Sequence record: NC_008289.1
Reading direction: 5' to 3' (one strand)
Length of the DNA: 32,000 nt
The notes under the pieces are model-generated. The model saw nothing but the letters and a program-made list of their open reading frames with translations, made no database searches and was not told the origin of the DNA. This document shows positions 1 to 11,419 of this stretch, piece after piece (position 1 is the stretch's first letter; each line of letters begins with the position of its first letter). Both the position numbers and the translations under genes were made by a program.

Positions 1-628
<628 letters not shown>

Positions 629-644
629 TATTTATTATTTTTTT

Positions 645-762
645 TCTTGGTGTCTTCGTCACAATCGAAACACAGCATCCCATCAGAACTGCGTGGTGAA
701 AGGTTTTTGAGACTAAGATAGCTATCGGGCCACTGATAGTGAAAACGTGTCGATGCCAAGAC
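645..762 (+). rRNA. rrf: 5S rRNA (divergent), repeat arm A
   Basis: Lies 17 nt after 23S and is ~118 nt long. Terminal helix cttggtg.../...gatgccaag. Internal catccc-atcagaact and gtggtgaaagg resemble the plastid 5S motifs ccatcccgaact and ggtggttaaac. Confidence 0.7.
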
Positions 763-781
763 TTATTTCAATTATTACAAC

Positions 782-829
782 AAAAAGGGAGAGAAGGTAT
801 CTTTATTGGATACCTTCTCTCCCTTTTTT
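782..829. terminator. Perfect 20-bp stem, 7-nt loop hairpin with A-run/T-run flanks, just 3' of the rrn operon
   Basis: aaaaagggagagaaggtatc-tttattg-gataccttctctcccttttt read directly. It lies 20 nt after 5S. Confidence 0.6.
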
Positions 830-1177
830 AGTTTCTACTCTGTAAGCTCACGCACAGACTGTTCATAGAACAAAAAAACATAAAATAAAAGAAGAAGAAC
901 ACTTAAATAGGTGAATGTACCCGAAATACGGTTCATAAACGTATTAAACCGGTAGTTATACAGATAAACATAGTTAACTGTTCAGAGTAGTATGAAACCG
1001 CTTTCAGACATCTTTAATCAAGGGGCTCTACCATGCATACTCGTTTTGAGGCCGTTCAGATTGGCGTGGCTTCTTAAAACACTGTCCGTACAGATCAAGT
1101 TGAAACCATGTATATTCTTATACTCTGAGTATTTCCTTGTGATTTAAAGGTCTATTTTTTATATTTTTATCTTGTCG

Positions 1178-1201
1178 TATATACCCCCGAAGGGGTATAT
1201 A
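1178..1201 (-). terminator. psbA 3' stem-loop
   Basis: tatatacccc-cgaa-ggggtatata, a 10-bp perfect stem 36 nt downstream of the psbA stop. Confidence 0.6.
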
Positions 1202-1236
1202 AACTCTATGTTAGTTCCCTAACATAAAAGACTTGA

Positions 1237-2334
<1,098 letters not shown>

Positions 2335-2377
2335 TCACCATGGAACCAAGGCCCAAAAAATTGATCTGTTACTACGT

Positions 2378-2406
2378 ATTATACCAGCCTTCGATGCGCG
2401 AAACAA
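2378..2406 (-). promoter_or_regulatory. Candidate sigma70-type (PEP) promoter of psbA, arm A
   Basis: On the coding strand: ttgttt-17 nt-tataat, with TG two nt upstream of the -10 (extended -10, tggtataat). The -10 lies ~80 nt upstream of the psbA ATG. Confidence 0.5.
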
Positions 2407-2678
2407 CAAACGAAAAAAAGAAATATGTATTCTGGATTCTTAAAAATATCGTGCCGTTTTTAACTGGACAGGCACAGATGAAAGTTGAAGTCGAAACAAC
2501 AAACGAAGAAATACCGAGCAAAATAAGAAATACCCATCAAACGAAGAAAAAGTTATGTTTTTATTTTATAAAGAGTGGGCTCAATTATTTTTTTTGTATG
2601 TTGCGGCTTAAAAACTAGAAGCTTTGGATTTTTTTTTATTTTTATAAGTGGGGATAGAATATACCCCCACATTATAGA

Positions 2679-2704
2679 GTTGAAGAAAAAAATGTTTCTT
2701 CAAC
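2679..2704 (-). terminator. psbZ 3' hairpin
   Basis: gttgaagaaa-aaaatg-tttcttcaac, a 10-bp perfect stem 14 nt past the psbZ stop. Confidence 0.45.
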
Positions 2705-2717
2705 TTGAAATTTAAAT

Positions 2718-2906
2718 TTACGATACAAATGAATTTAACGCACCTACCACAAATACTAAAAGCATCCAAAGAGCAGATCCAGAAAATACAAGTCCTTTAC
2801 TTTGAGCCCATCCTTCAGGAGAAGCGAGAAGTACTGGCACACCAATAACAAGAGCTAATGAAAGCCCAATGAAAGCAAGGAGCGTAAGTTGAAAGATAAA
2901 AAGCAT
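2718..2906 (-). CDS. psbZ: Photosystem II protein Z (Ycf9)
   Basis: 62-aa two-helix ORF. The pattern FQL...ASPEGW...VFSG..LW..LVF.VG.LNS matches PsbZ. Confidence 0.9.
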   Translation of the reverse strand: MLFIFQLTLLAFIGLSLALVIGVPVLLASPEGWAQSKGLVFSGSALWMLLVFVVGALNSFVS

Positions 2907-3103
2907 AGGATTTAATTCCTTAAAAATCGATTTTCAGCCCAAAGTTCAAATTTTGACAAACTAGTCCTCGAGCTACTTTTATAATATCATTTTAATAGTA
3001 ATATGCCCATTAATTTGGACAATAAATAAAAAAAAACTAAAAAATCAATTTTCAGTTTTAATTTCATTTATATTATATTACAATAGTACCAAGATCAAAA
3101 CAA

Positions 3104-3175
<72 letters not shown>

Positions 3176-3378
3176 ATAGAAACCAGATTTCATTTTATTG
3201 AATCTTGGTTGAGTTGCCTAAAAAATTAGCTCACTTTACAAAATAATTAAGTTTACAAACTACAATAATAAGTCAGATAATTTAATATATGAATACAAAT
3301 TCTTTGGTTCAATTCGTTTAGAATATTCTAAAGTTTTTTAGTTATTTTTATATCCATTGAAATGGACCTTCAGTTTTT

Positions 3379-3642
3379 ATGATTGACTTCATTCAACGCG
3401 TAGTTGTAACTCAAAAATCAACAATGCTTCTTGAGTCTGAGCGTTACACGTTCGATGTGGACGTAAACCTCAGCAAAACAGATATTAAGACGCTTATTCA
3501 GGACCTCTACGGAGTTCAAGTGGTTGCGGTAAATACGCACCGCCTCCCACGTCGTAAGACACGATTCGGTGGAGTGAAAACACGTACAAAGCGTGCTATT
3601 ATTCGCTTAAAAAATGGCGATACTTTACCTATTTTTGACTAA
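3379..3642 (+). CDS. rpl23: Ribosomal protein L23
   Basis: 87-aa ORF with an L23-like sequence, at the head of the conserved rpl23-rpl2-rps19 cluster. Confidence 0.9.
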   Translation: MIDFIQRVVVTQKSTMLLESERYTFDVDVNLSKTDIKTLIQDLYGVQVVAVNTHRLPRRKTRFGGVKTRTKRAIIRLKNGDTLPIFD

Positions 3643-3645
3643 TAT

Positions 3646-4479
3646 ATGGCTCTTCGTTTTTATAAAGCATATACTCCGGGAACACGTAACCGTTCTGTAG
3701 CGGATTGTAGTGGATTAACAAAGACTCGTCCCGAAAAGTCTTTAACACGTTCAATGCACCGTGCAAAAGGTCGTAACAACCGTGGAGTAATTACTTGTCG
3801 TCACCGTGGTGGTGGGCACAAACGTTTATACCGTCAAATTGATTTCCGTCGTAACAAATATGATATGGCGGCAACAGTTAAAACCATTGAGTATGATCCA
3901 AACCGTAATGCTCGTATTGCACTTGTCGAATATCAAGATGGTGAGAAACGCTATATTTTACATCCGAATGGATTAGAAATTGGTGATTCTATCATCGCAA
4001 GTGAAACAGCAGTAAACGCAGTAGGAAACTCATTACCTTTAATGGCAATGCCATTAGGTGTCCAAGTACACAATATTGAGATGCACCCAAAGAAAGGGGG
4101 TCAGCTTGTTCGTTCTGCTGGTGCAGTGGCACAACTTGTTGCAAAAGAAGGAGAGTATGTAACTCTTCGTCTTCCTTCTGGTGAAGTGCGACTTATTTCA
4201 AACAAATGTTGGGCTACAATCGGACAAGTAGGAAACATGGAGGCTATGAACCTTTCTCTTGGAAAGGCTGGTCGTTCACGTTGGCTTGGTCGTCGTCCAA
4301 CAGTTCGTGGTAGTGTTATGAACGCTGTAGATCACCCACACGGTGGAGGAGAAGGTCGTTGTCCAGTTGGTCACGCACAACCTCGTACGCCATGGGGGAA
4401 ACCTGCTCTTGGTGTTAAAACACGTACACGTAAAAAGTACAGTGATACCCTTATTCTTCGTCGAAGAAAAGTTTCATAA
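3646..4479 (+). CDS. rpl2: Ribosomal protein L2
   Basis: 277-aa ORF with L2 motifs ([31 protein letters not shown]). No intron. Starts 3 nt after rpl23. Confidence 0.98.
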   Translation: MALRFYKAYTPGTRNRSVADCSGLTKTRPEKSLTRSMHRAKGRNNRGVITCRHRGGGHKRLYRQIDFRRNKYDMAATVKTIEYDPNRNARIALVEYQDGEKRYILHPNGLEIGDSIIASETAVNAVGNSLPLMAMPLGVQVHNIEMHPKKGGQLVRSAGAVAQLVAKEGEYVTLRLPSGEVRLISNKCWATIGQVGNMEAMNLSLGKAGRSRWLGRRPTVRGSVMNAVDHPHGGGEGRCPVGHAQPRTPWGKPALGVKTRTRKKYSDTLILRRRKVS

Positions 4480-4494
4480 ATTTTTATATCTCTT

Positions 4495-4773
4495 ATGGCT
4501 CGTTCTCTTAAAAAAGGACCTTTTGTTGCAGATAAGCTTATGAAAAAAATTGAGCTTCTTCACTCAAAAGGTGAAAAAACTGTAATCCAAACTTGGTCAC
4601 GCAGTTCTACAATCACACCAATCATGATTGGCCACACAATCGCAGTACACAATGGTCGTGAGCACATTCCAGTATTCGTCACTGACCAAATGGTTGGACA
4701 CAAACTTGGTGAATTTAGTCCAACACGTACGTTTCGTGGACACGTAAAGTCTGATAAAAAATCGAAACGTTAA
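4495..4773 (+). CDS. rps19: Ribosomal protein S19
   Basis: 92-aa ORF: [12 protein letters not shown]...HNGREH.PV.V...[12 protein letters not shown]. Confidence 0.98.
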   Translation: MARSLKKGPFVADKLMKKIELLHSKGEKTVIQTWSRSSTITPIMIGHTIAVHNGREHIPVFVTDQMVGHKLGEFSPTRTFRGHVKSDKKSKR

Positions 4774-4846
4774 AATTATTTTGGAAATAAAGAGTAAAAA
4801 AATTCTTTATTTGTAACACACCTCATTTCCTAAACAGAAAAATATT

Positions 4847-5482
4847 ATGGGTCAAAAAGTTCATCCGATTGGATTCCGAATTGGTGTAACACAAACTCAC
4901 CGTTCACAATGGTTTGCAAAACCAAAAGATTATGCAAAACTCGTGGAAGAAGATCTTTTAATCCGTGAATTTGCTGAGAGTCGTCTCCCTGATGCGGGCA
5001 TCTCTCGCATTAATATTTCACGTCAAGTAGATCGTATTGAAATTGAATTTTTCACTGCACGTCCACGTGCACTTGTAGGAGCAAAAGGAGAAACTTTAAC
5101 TCAACTCCGCGATGAGATTAAAGCAAAACTCCCAGACACTCGTAACGTTGCATTATATGTAACAAAAACACAACAACCGGAGATGGAAGCAATTTGTATT
5201 GCTGAAAATATCGCGGAACAACTTGAAAAGCGTACTCCCTTCCGCCGTACAATGCGTCAAGCAATTATGCGTGCTCGTAAAGCAGGGGCTGAAGGAATTA
5301 AAATTCAAATTTCTGGACGTTTAAATGGAGCTGAAATTGCTCGTCACGAATGGGCTCGTGAAGGGCGTGTACCTTTACATACAATTCGTGCTGATATTGA
5401 TTATGCAACAGCTCGTGCTCAAACAATCTACGGAATTTTAGGCATTAAAGTATGGGTTTGTAAGGGGGAGAAATCATGTTAA
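4847..5482 (+). CDS. rps3: Ribosomal protein S3
   Basis: 211-aa ORF: [30 protein letters not shown]. Confidence 0.97.
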   Translation: MGQKVHPIGFRIGVTQTHRSQWFAKPKDYAKLVEEDLLIREFAESRLPDAGISRINISRQVDRIEIEFFTARPRALVGAKGETLTQLRDEIKAKLPDTRNVALYVTKTQQPEMEAICIAENIAEQLEKRTPFRRTMRQAIMRARKAGAEGIKIQISGRLNGAEIARHEWAREGRVPLHTIRADIDYATARAQTIYGILGIKVWVCKGEKSC

Positions 5483-5901
5483 GTCCAAAACGAACAAAAT
5501 ATCGTAAACCTCACCGTGGAAACCGTAAAGGACAAGCACTTCGTGGAAATAAAATCTCTTTCGGAGATTTTGCTCTTCAAGCACTTGAGCCAGGTTGGAT
5601 CACTTCACGTCAAATTGAAGCGGGTCGACGTGCTATGAGTCGTTATGCGAAGCGTGGTGGGAAATTATGGATTCGTATGTTCCCAGATCGTTCAATCACA
5701 GCTCGTGCAGCAGAAACACGTATGGGTGCTGGTAAAGGTGCCCCAGATTATTGGGTATGTATTGTAAAACCAGGAAAGATTCTTTATGAACTTGCTGGTG
5801 TGCCAGAAACAATCGCTCGTGCATCGATGCGTATTGCGGCATACAAGATGCCTGTCAAAACTAAATTTCTTGTGCGTGACGAATATGTTGCGCCACAATA
5901 A
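5476..5901 (+). CDS. rpl16: Ribosomal protein L16
   Basis: 141-aa ORF: [13 protein letters not shown]. The ATG overlaps the end of rps3 by 7 nt. A ggggag Shine-Dalgarno-like motif lies upstream. Confidence 0.97.
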   Translation: MLSPKRTKYRKPHRGNRKGQALRGNKISFGDFALQALEPGWITSRQIEAGRRAMSRYAKRGGKLWIRMFPDRSITARAAETRMGAGKGAPDYWVCIVKPGKILYELAGVPETIARASMRIAAYKMPVKTKFLVRDEYVAPQ

Positions 5902-5940
5902 GATTTAGTATTAAATTTAATCTTATAATTTTTAATTTAT

Positions 5941-6300
5941 ATGATTCAACCACAGACATATCTCGAGGTTGCGGACAATAGTGGAGCACGTAAATTAATG
6001 TGTATTCGCGTATTGAACCGTAAAATTGGACATATTGGTGATGTAATCATTGCTGTCGTAAAAGAAGCATTGCCTAACATGCCAATTAAAAAGTCCGAAG
6101 TTGTTCGTGCAGTCATTGTACGTACAGCACACACTATTCAACGTGACAACGGTATGTCAATTCGTTTTGACGATAATGCCGCGGTTATTATTAACAAAGA
6201 GGGAAACCCACGTGGTACACGTGTTTTCGGTCCAATCGCACGTGAATTACGTGAACGCGATTTTATGAAGATTGTTTCTCTCGCACCAGAAGTTCTTTAA
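5941..6300 (+). CDS. rpl14: Ribosomal protein L14
   Basis: 119-aa ORF: [15 protein letters not shown]. Confidence 0.97.
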   Translation: MIQPQTYLEVADNSGARKLMCIRVLNRKIGHIGDVIIAVVKEALPNMPIKKSEVVRAVIVRTAHTIQRDNGMSIRFDDNAAVIINKEGNPRGTRVFGPIARELRERDFMKIVSLAPEVL

Positions 6301-6310
6301 CTTTATTTGT

Positions 6311-6865
6311 ATGATTCAACGACTTCAAAACTTGTACTTAACAAAAGTACAAACAACTCTTACAGAACAATTTCAGTACAAGAATACTCACGAAATCCCA
6401 CGTCTTGAGAAAATCGTTATCAACCGTGGAGTAGGAAGTGCATCTCAGAATACAAAGTTACTTGAATCTTTAGCAGACGAATTAACCATTTTAGCCGGGC
6501 AGCGTCCTATTGTTAAACGTGCAAAGAAAGCAATTGCTGGATTTGGGGTTCGTGAAGATATGCCAATTGGTTTAACAGTGACACTCCGTGGAGAGCGTAT
6601 GTATGCATTCTACGATCGTCTTGTAAATCTTGCACTTCCACGTATTCGTGACTTCCAAGGTATTAGTCCAAAAAATTTTGATGGACACGGAAACTATACA
6701 CTTGGACTTACTGAACAATTAATGTTCCCTGAAGTAAGTTATGAACAGATTGATCAAGTTTGTGGTATGGACATTTCAATTGTTACAACTGCATCAACAG
6801 ATCGAGAAGGTCATGGTTTATTAAAGGAACTTGGTATGCCTTTCAAAGCAGGTTCAGTAAACTAA
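6311..6865 (+). CDS. rpl5: Ribosomal protein L5
   Basis: The ORF-track start at 6272 is a TTG inside rpl14. The first ATG (6311) gives 184 aa beginning MIQRLQNLY..., an L5-like N-terminus ([12 protein letters not shown]). Confidence 0.93.
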   Translation: MIQRLQNLYLTKVQTTLTEQFQYKNTHEIPRLEKIVINRGVGSASQNTKLLESLADELTILAGQRPIVKRAKKAIAGFGVREDMPIGLTVTLRGERMYAFYDRLVNLALPRIRDFQGISPKNFDGHGNYTLGLTEQLMFPEVSYEQIDQVCGMDISIVTTASTDREGHGLLKELGMPFKAGSVN

Positions 6866-6893
6866 GGGTTTATTTTTTATTTTATTGACAAAC

Positions 6894-7262
6894 ATGGTAA
6901 ACGACACAATTAGTGATATGCTTACACGATTACGCAATGCGTATCTTGCTGATAAAGAACAAACTTCTTTAAAAGCAACTCGTGTAGTGAAAGATATTGC
7001 CCAAGTATTAGTGCAAGAAGGTTTTCTTGGTCCAATTGAACAAGAAGAAAATGGGTTTTTCACCGTTAACTTAAAACGTGGTGTAAAACAATTTGAACGC
7101 GTAAGTACTCCTGGAGTTCGTGTATATGCGAACCACAAACAACTCCAACCAGTATTAAATGGAATGGGAGTAGCTGTCATTTCTACATCACAAGGAATCA
7201 TGACTGACCGTAAAGCTCGCGCTTTAGGGATTGGCGGTGAGGTTCTTTGTAAAATTTGGTAG
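6894..7262 (+). CDS. rps8: Ribosomal protein S8
   Basis: The track start at 6885 is TTG. The ATG at 6894 gives the canonical MVNDTISDMLTRLRNA N-terminus. Confidence 0.96.
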   Translation: MVNDTISDMLTRLRNAYLADKEQTSLKATRVVKDIAQVLVQEGFLGPIEQEENGFFTVNLKRGVKQFERVSTPGVRVYANHKQLQPVLNGMGVAVISTSQGIMTDRKARALGIGGEVLCKIW

Positions 7263-7265
7263 GTT

Positions 7266-7502
7266 ATGGCAAGCAATCGCGAACTTATTGAAATGGAAGG
7301 GGTTGTAGTAGAATCACTTCCAAATGCTATGTTTCAAGTTGAACTAGAGAATGGTTTTCAAGTTCTTGCACACATTTCTGGTAAAATTCGACGTAATTCT
7401 ATTAAAATTCTCCTTGGAGATCGAGTAACCGTTGAATTAACACCGTATGATCTTACGAAAGGTCGCATTATTTATCGTTTACGAAAAGATCGAACGCAAT
7501 AA
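7266..7502 (+). CDS. infA: Translation initiation factor IF-1
   Basis: 78-aa ORF, IF-1 S1-fold sequence ([25 protein letters not shown]). Confidence 0.96.
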   Translation: MASNRELIEMEGVVVESLPNAMFQVELENGFQVLAHISGKIRRNSIKILLGDRVTVELTPYDLTKGRIIYRLRKDRTQ

Positions 7503-7555
7503 TTTTTGCATCTTTAGTTTGATTTGATAACTAGTTATTTAGCAATACTTTTATT

Positions 7556-7948
7556 ATGGCAACAAAACAGCGTAAAGTTACGCAAAAGAAATCACGTCGC
7601 AAAGTTCAACGTGGAGTAGTTCACATTTTAGCGACGTTTAACAATACATTAGTAACTATCAGTGATCGTTCTGGTCTTGTTATTGCATCGTCATCTGCTG
7701 GTGCTTGCGGGTTCCGTGGGGCACGAAAAGGAACGCCATTTGCTGCACAAACTGCATCTGAAGAAGCTGTTCGTAAAGCTCTTGATTACGGTTTAAAATA
7801 TGTGGATGTAATGGTAAAAGGTCCTGGAGCTGGTCGTGAAATGGCAATTCGTGCTCTTCAACAGCTTGGATTAGGGGTTACTTTAATTCGTGACGTTACT
7901 CCATTACCACACAATGGTTGTCGTCCTCCGAAGAAGCGTCGTGTATAA
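7556..7948 (+). CDS. rps11: Ribosomal protein S11
   Basis: 130-aa ORF: [30 protein letters not shown]. Confidence 0.97.
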
Positions 7949-8021
7949 TTTATACACAACTTGCTTTTTAGGAATCTCAGCCAAACGATTCTAATGCCAA
8001 TCTTTCTATTCTATTTATTTT

Positions 8022-9092
8022 ATGATTAAAGCAGCGGCAACACTTAAATCATTACAATACCGTCAAAATAGTTTAACGGATTGTTATGGTCGATTGAGTT
8101 TTGGTCCAGTAAATCCCGGGCAAGGATTAACGATTGGTAATACGCTTCGCCGTATTTTATTAAACGATCTTCCTGGAATTGGGGTTATTGGTGCCGAAAT
8201 TAACGGTGTTCAGAGTGAGTTTTCGACTCTCCCTGGAATCCGAGAATCTGTAATTGAGATTTTTTTAAATCTTCGTGAACTCATTTTTACTCCGACAGCA
8301 ACTTGTGCACAAAAAGTAAAACAAACCAAACCGTTTGTTTATGCAAAGCTAAACTCGGAATTAAAAATTGATAATTTCCCGTATGTAGTAACTGCAAAAG
8401 ACTTACATATTCCTGAATATGAATTCGTTGATCCCAACCAACAAATTGCAACAATTTTATCACCAACAGCTGCTGAAAACTTTAAATTAACTCTTTTAAT
8501 TGGACAAGGTCGTGGGTATCAATCATGGAAAAAGTTACCGGGTGTGCCCCAACTTATGGATCAACGCTTTTTCGAACAATTTGATTCAACGCAAACAAAT
8601 TCGAAATCAGTAACTTTCCCAATTGATGCGATTTTTATGCCAATTCGACAAGTTAATTTTACAGTTCAAGAACATTCTGTTGATGGTGAATATATCTATT
8701 TTGAAGTTTGGACCAATGGTAGCATCAACCCATTTGATGCAGTGAAATCTGCGGCGAAAGTTGGTATGAAATTAATGACAGCTTGTCTTACTACGTTACA
8801 AGATCAACAAGTTTATCTCGACGAATCAAAACTTCCAGAGACTCCTAATTTTGTACAAGTTAATTACAATAAAATGGAATCAGAGAGTAATTTCGATCAA
8901 ATTTTTATTGAACAATTAGAACTTTCGCTTCGTGCATACAATTGCTTAAAGCGTGCTAATATTTTAACATTGGCAGATTTATCGCAGCAGTCTTTTCGAG
9001 ACTTGATGAAACTTCGAAATTTCGGTCAAAAATCTGCCGATGAAGTTCGTGCCGCATTAAGTACTTACGGAATCGAATTAAAAGAAGATTAA
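8022..9092 (+). CDS. rpoA: RNA polymerase alpha subunit (PEP)
   Basis: 356-aa ORF. N-terminal domain G.T.GN.LRR.LL. C-terminal domain LELS.RAYNCLKRANI.T..DL. It sits in the conserved position after rps11. Confidence 0.93.
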   Translation: MIKAAATLKSLQYRQNSLTDCYGRLSFGPVNPGQGLTIGNTLRRILLNDLPGIGVIGAEINGVQSEFSTLPGIRESVIEIFLNLRELIFTPTATCAQKVKQTKPFVYAKLNSELKIDNFPYVVTAKDLHIPEYEFVDPNQQIATILSPTAAENFKLTLLIGQGRGYQSWKKLPGVPQLMDQRFFEQFDSTQTNSKSVTFPIDAIFMPIRQVNFTVQEHSVDGEYIYFEVWTNGSINPFDAVKSAAKVGMKLMTACLTTLQDQQVYLDESKLPETPNFVQVNYNKMESESNFDQIFIEQLELSLRAYNCLKRANILTLADLSQQSFRDLMKLRNFGQKSADEVRAALSTYGIELKED

Positions 9093-9133
9093 TCAATACA
9101 TTTATAACTCACTTAACTTAAAGGAGATTTTTT

Positions 9134-9517
9134 ATGCAAGTTTGGTCCGCTACAGGGCGTCGAAAGCGAGCGGTAGCTCAAGTTCGAATTTGCTCACCTG
9201 GGACAGGAACAATTAAAGTAAATCAAGTGGATGCAGAACAGTACTTACAGGGTGCATATGCAAATATTTTAAAACCATTTGAAAAACTTCAATTAGATGC
9301 AACTTACGATATTTTTATTCGTACAGAAGGTGGGGGGTTAACCGGTCAGTCAGACGCAATCCGTCTTGGTTGTGCTCGTGCCCTTTGTATGATGAACTCA
9401 GAGTACCGTACTCCACTTAAGAGTGCTGGTTTCCTTACTCGTATTGCGCTTAAGAAAGAGCGTAAGAAGTATGGTTTAAAGAAAGCTCGTAAGGCACCAC
9501 AGTTCTCAAAGCGTTAA
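9134..9517 (+). CDS. rps9: Ribosomal protein S9
   Basis: 127-aa ORF: GRRK.A.A.V...GGG..GQ..A.R.G.ARAL...[19 protein letters not shown]. An aaggag motif lies 8 nt upstream of the ATG. Confidence 0.96.
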
Positions 9518-9539
9518 TTTATTTATTTTTAACATTTAA

Positions 9540-9603
9540 AAGTAGTTTTTTCCTTAATTTAAAGTGTCTTTTTTTTAAGTTACTAAATTAAGGAAAACTA
9601 CTT
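9540..9603 (+). terminator. Long hairpin at the 3' end of the ribosomal-protein/rpoA cluster
   Basis: aagtagtttt(tt)ccttaattta ... taaattaaggaaaactactt, a ~20-bp stem with a 2-nt bulge, 23 nt after the rps9 stop. Confidence 0.5.
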
Positions 9604-9630
9604 GAAACCTCTATAGGTTTATTCTATACT
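9602..9630 (+). promoter_or_regulatory. Candidate sigma70-type promoter for trnL-trnY-trnL (and possibly the atp cluster)
   Basis: ttgaaa-17 nt-tatact. The -10 ends 12 nt before trnL(GAG). Confidence 0.4.
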
Positions 9631-9642
9631 CAAAACAGATAT

Positions 9643-9723
9643 GTCTTAGTGGTGGAATGGTAGACACGCAAGCTTGAGGGGTTTGTGCTTTACGGCGTGG
9701 AGGTTCGAGTCCTCTCTAAGACA
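9643..9723 (+). tRNA. trnL(GAG): tRNA-Leu, anticodon GAG (class II, long variable arm)
   Basis: Acceptor gtcttag/ctaagac, D arm gtg-gaatggtaga-cac, anticodon stem caagc/gtttg, loop ttGAGgg. The alternative register (UGA) gives an unpaired stem. Confidence 0.85.
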
Positions 9724-9752
9724 TGACCTATTTTTATAGGGATCAATTCAAT

Positions 9753-9833
9753 GGGTCGATGCCCGAGTGGTTAATGGGGACGGACTGTAAATCCGTTGGC
9801 TTGCCTACACTGGTTCAAATCCAGTTCGGCCCA
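9753..9833 (+). tRNA. trnY(GUA): tRNA-Tyr(GUA)
   Basis: Acceptor gggtcga/tcggccc, anticodon loop ctGTAaa, long variable arm, T arm actgg-ttcaaat-ccagt. Confidence 0.93.
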
Positions 9834-9844
9834 ATCGATAAAAC

Positions 9845-9927
9845 GTGGCTGTGGTGGAATGGTAGACACTGGAGACTTAAAATCTCCTGCCGGTGACGGC
9901 GTGAGGGTTCAATTCCCTCCAGCCACA
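9845..9927 (+). tRNA. trnL(UAA): tRNA-Leu(UAA), no intron
   Basis: Acceptor gtggctg/cagccac, anticodon stem ggaga/tctcc, loop ctTAAaa uninterrupted, T arm gaggg-ttcaatt-ccctc. Confidence 0.93.
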
Positions 9928-10038
9928 ATTAAAATAATTAAATTTTTTTGAAAAATAGAAAAATAAAAAATGTGCGTTTCTTATTTTTAAAAATAAGGTA
10001 TGATGAGAGTGTGAAACATCAAAGCACGGAGACAGGTG

Positions 10039-10749
10039 ATGAATTTCCTTTACGACATTTCCGCTGTAGAAATTGGTCAACATTTCTATTGGAGTCTTGG
10101 CGGATTCCAAATGCACGGACAAGTACTTATTAATTCATGGATTGTACTCGGACTTATTATTGCGTTTGCAGTAACAACAACTCGTGATTTAAAACCAGTT
10201 CCAGAAGGTGGACAAAACCTTGCTGAATTTGTTGTAGAGTACATTCGTGACATTGCAAAAACTCAAGTTGGACACGACTATTTAGAATGGACACCATTCA
10301 TTGGAACGTTATTCTTATTTATTTTCGTTTCAAATTGGTCTGGAGCTTTAATCCCATGGAAGCTTATTGAACTTCCACACGGTGAACTTGGAGCACCAAC
10401 AAATGACATTAACACAACTGTAGCCCTCGCTCTTCTTACATCATTAACATATTTCTATGCTGGATTAAAGAAGAAAGGATTAGAGTACTTTGGAAAGTAT
10501 GTTCAACCAACCCCGATCTTACTTCCAATTAACGTGTTAGAGGACTTTACGAAGCCATTATCATTAAGTTTCCGTCTTTTTGGAAACATTCTTGCAGATG
10601 AGCTCGTAGTAGCAGTACTCGTATCATTAGTTCCTCTTGTGATTCCGATCCCACTCATTTTCCTCGGATTATTTACTAGTGGAATCCAAGCATTAATTTT
10701 TGCAACACTTGCTGGAGCGTACATTGGAGAAGCACTTGAAGGACACTAA
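10039..10749 (+). CDS. atpI: ATP synthase CF0 subunit a (IV)
   Basis: The track start at 10036 is GTG and the adjacent ATG is at 10039. 236 aa with the subunit-a motif ([16 protein letters not shown]). Confidence 0.96.
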   Translation: MNFLYDISAVEIGQHFYWSLGGFQMHGQVLINSWIVLGLIIAFAVTTTRDLKPVPEGGQNLAEFVVEYIRDIAKTQVGHDYLEWTPFIGTLFLFIFVSNWSGALIPWKLIELPHGELGAPTNDINTTVALALLTSLTYFYAGLKKKGLEYFGKYVQPTPILLPINVLEDFTKPLSLSFRLFGNILADELVVAVLVSLVPLVIPIPLIFLGLFTSGIQALIFATLAGAYIGEALEGH

Positions 10750-10912
10750 GCATTAAAAGATGCTTTAAGTTTTGATCTTGGATTAAACTTTTGCATCACT
10801 CAATGCAATAAAACTCAAATGCCTCACCAGAACTTCCTTTCCATTTTTTCCCGGACGTCTCCGGGGGAAAGGATTTTATTAAAGGCATTGGGTAAAACCC
10901 CAGTATAAATAA

Positions 10913-11236
<324 letters not shown>

Positions 11237-11419
11237 TTACTTTTTTGTAATTCTATTAGAAACAATGTTTCTTATGGCAGTTTTTAGTATTATCAGCTGC
11301 CAAGAAACAGAATCAGCAAAAAAAATTTGTTGATACATTACGATATTCGTAATTTTTTTTATTAGTTTTTTTAGAAAAAATTAATTTAATACAAATTCCA
11401 AATCATCTGGAGGTTTTGA

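Noticed and set aside
830-1177. Possible RNase P RNA, tmRNA, SRP RNA or a pseudo-tRNA in the 5S-psbA spacer
   Set aside because: I searched by eye on both strands for gaggaaagtcc, acagaa..cggctta, a ggttcgaatcc-type T arm with a CCA end, and ggaaggaagcagc, and found none. The ggtagagc-like string near 1022..1045 (minus strand) does not fold into a cloverleaf. The region is kept only as a generic candidate in the findings.
2340-2618. 92-codon ORF in the repeat upstream of psbA (duplicate at 24988..25266)
   Set aside because: It runs antisense through the psbA promoter and 5' UTR region and is built largely from short direct repeats. Its codon use (ata, aga, cgg, ccg, gtg) is unlike every identified gene here, and I recognise no family. 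Most likely a chance ORF.
6854-7276. 140-codon ORF antisense to rps8, and similar antisense or out-of-frame ORFs within rpl2, rpl16, rpl14, atpI, atpF, psaA, psaB and rbcL
   Set aside because: They overlap well-supported conserved genes on the opposite strand or in another frame, and show no independent signals.
9877-10133. ORFs of 81 and 61 codons around the trnL(UAA)/atpI junction, and 14164..14391 over trnQ
   Set aside because: They overlap canonical tRNA genes or the start of atpI. The long upstream extensions in the ORF track (petA, psaB, atpA, atpH, rpl5, rps8) use TTG/GTG or upstream codons. Canonical N-termini begin at internal ATGs.
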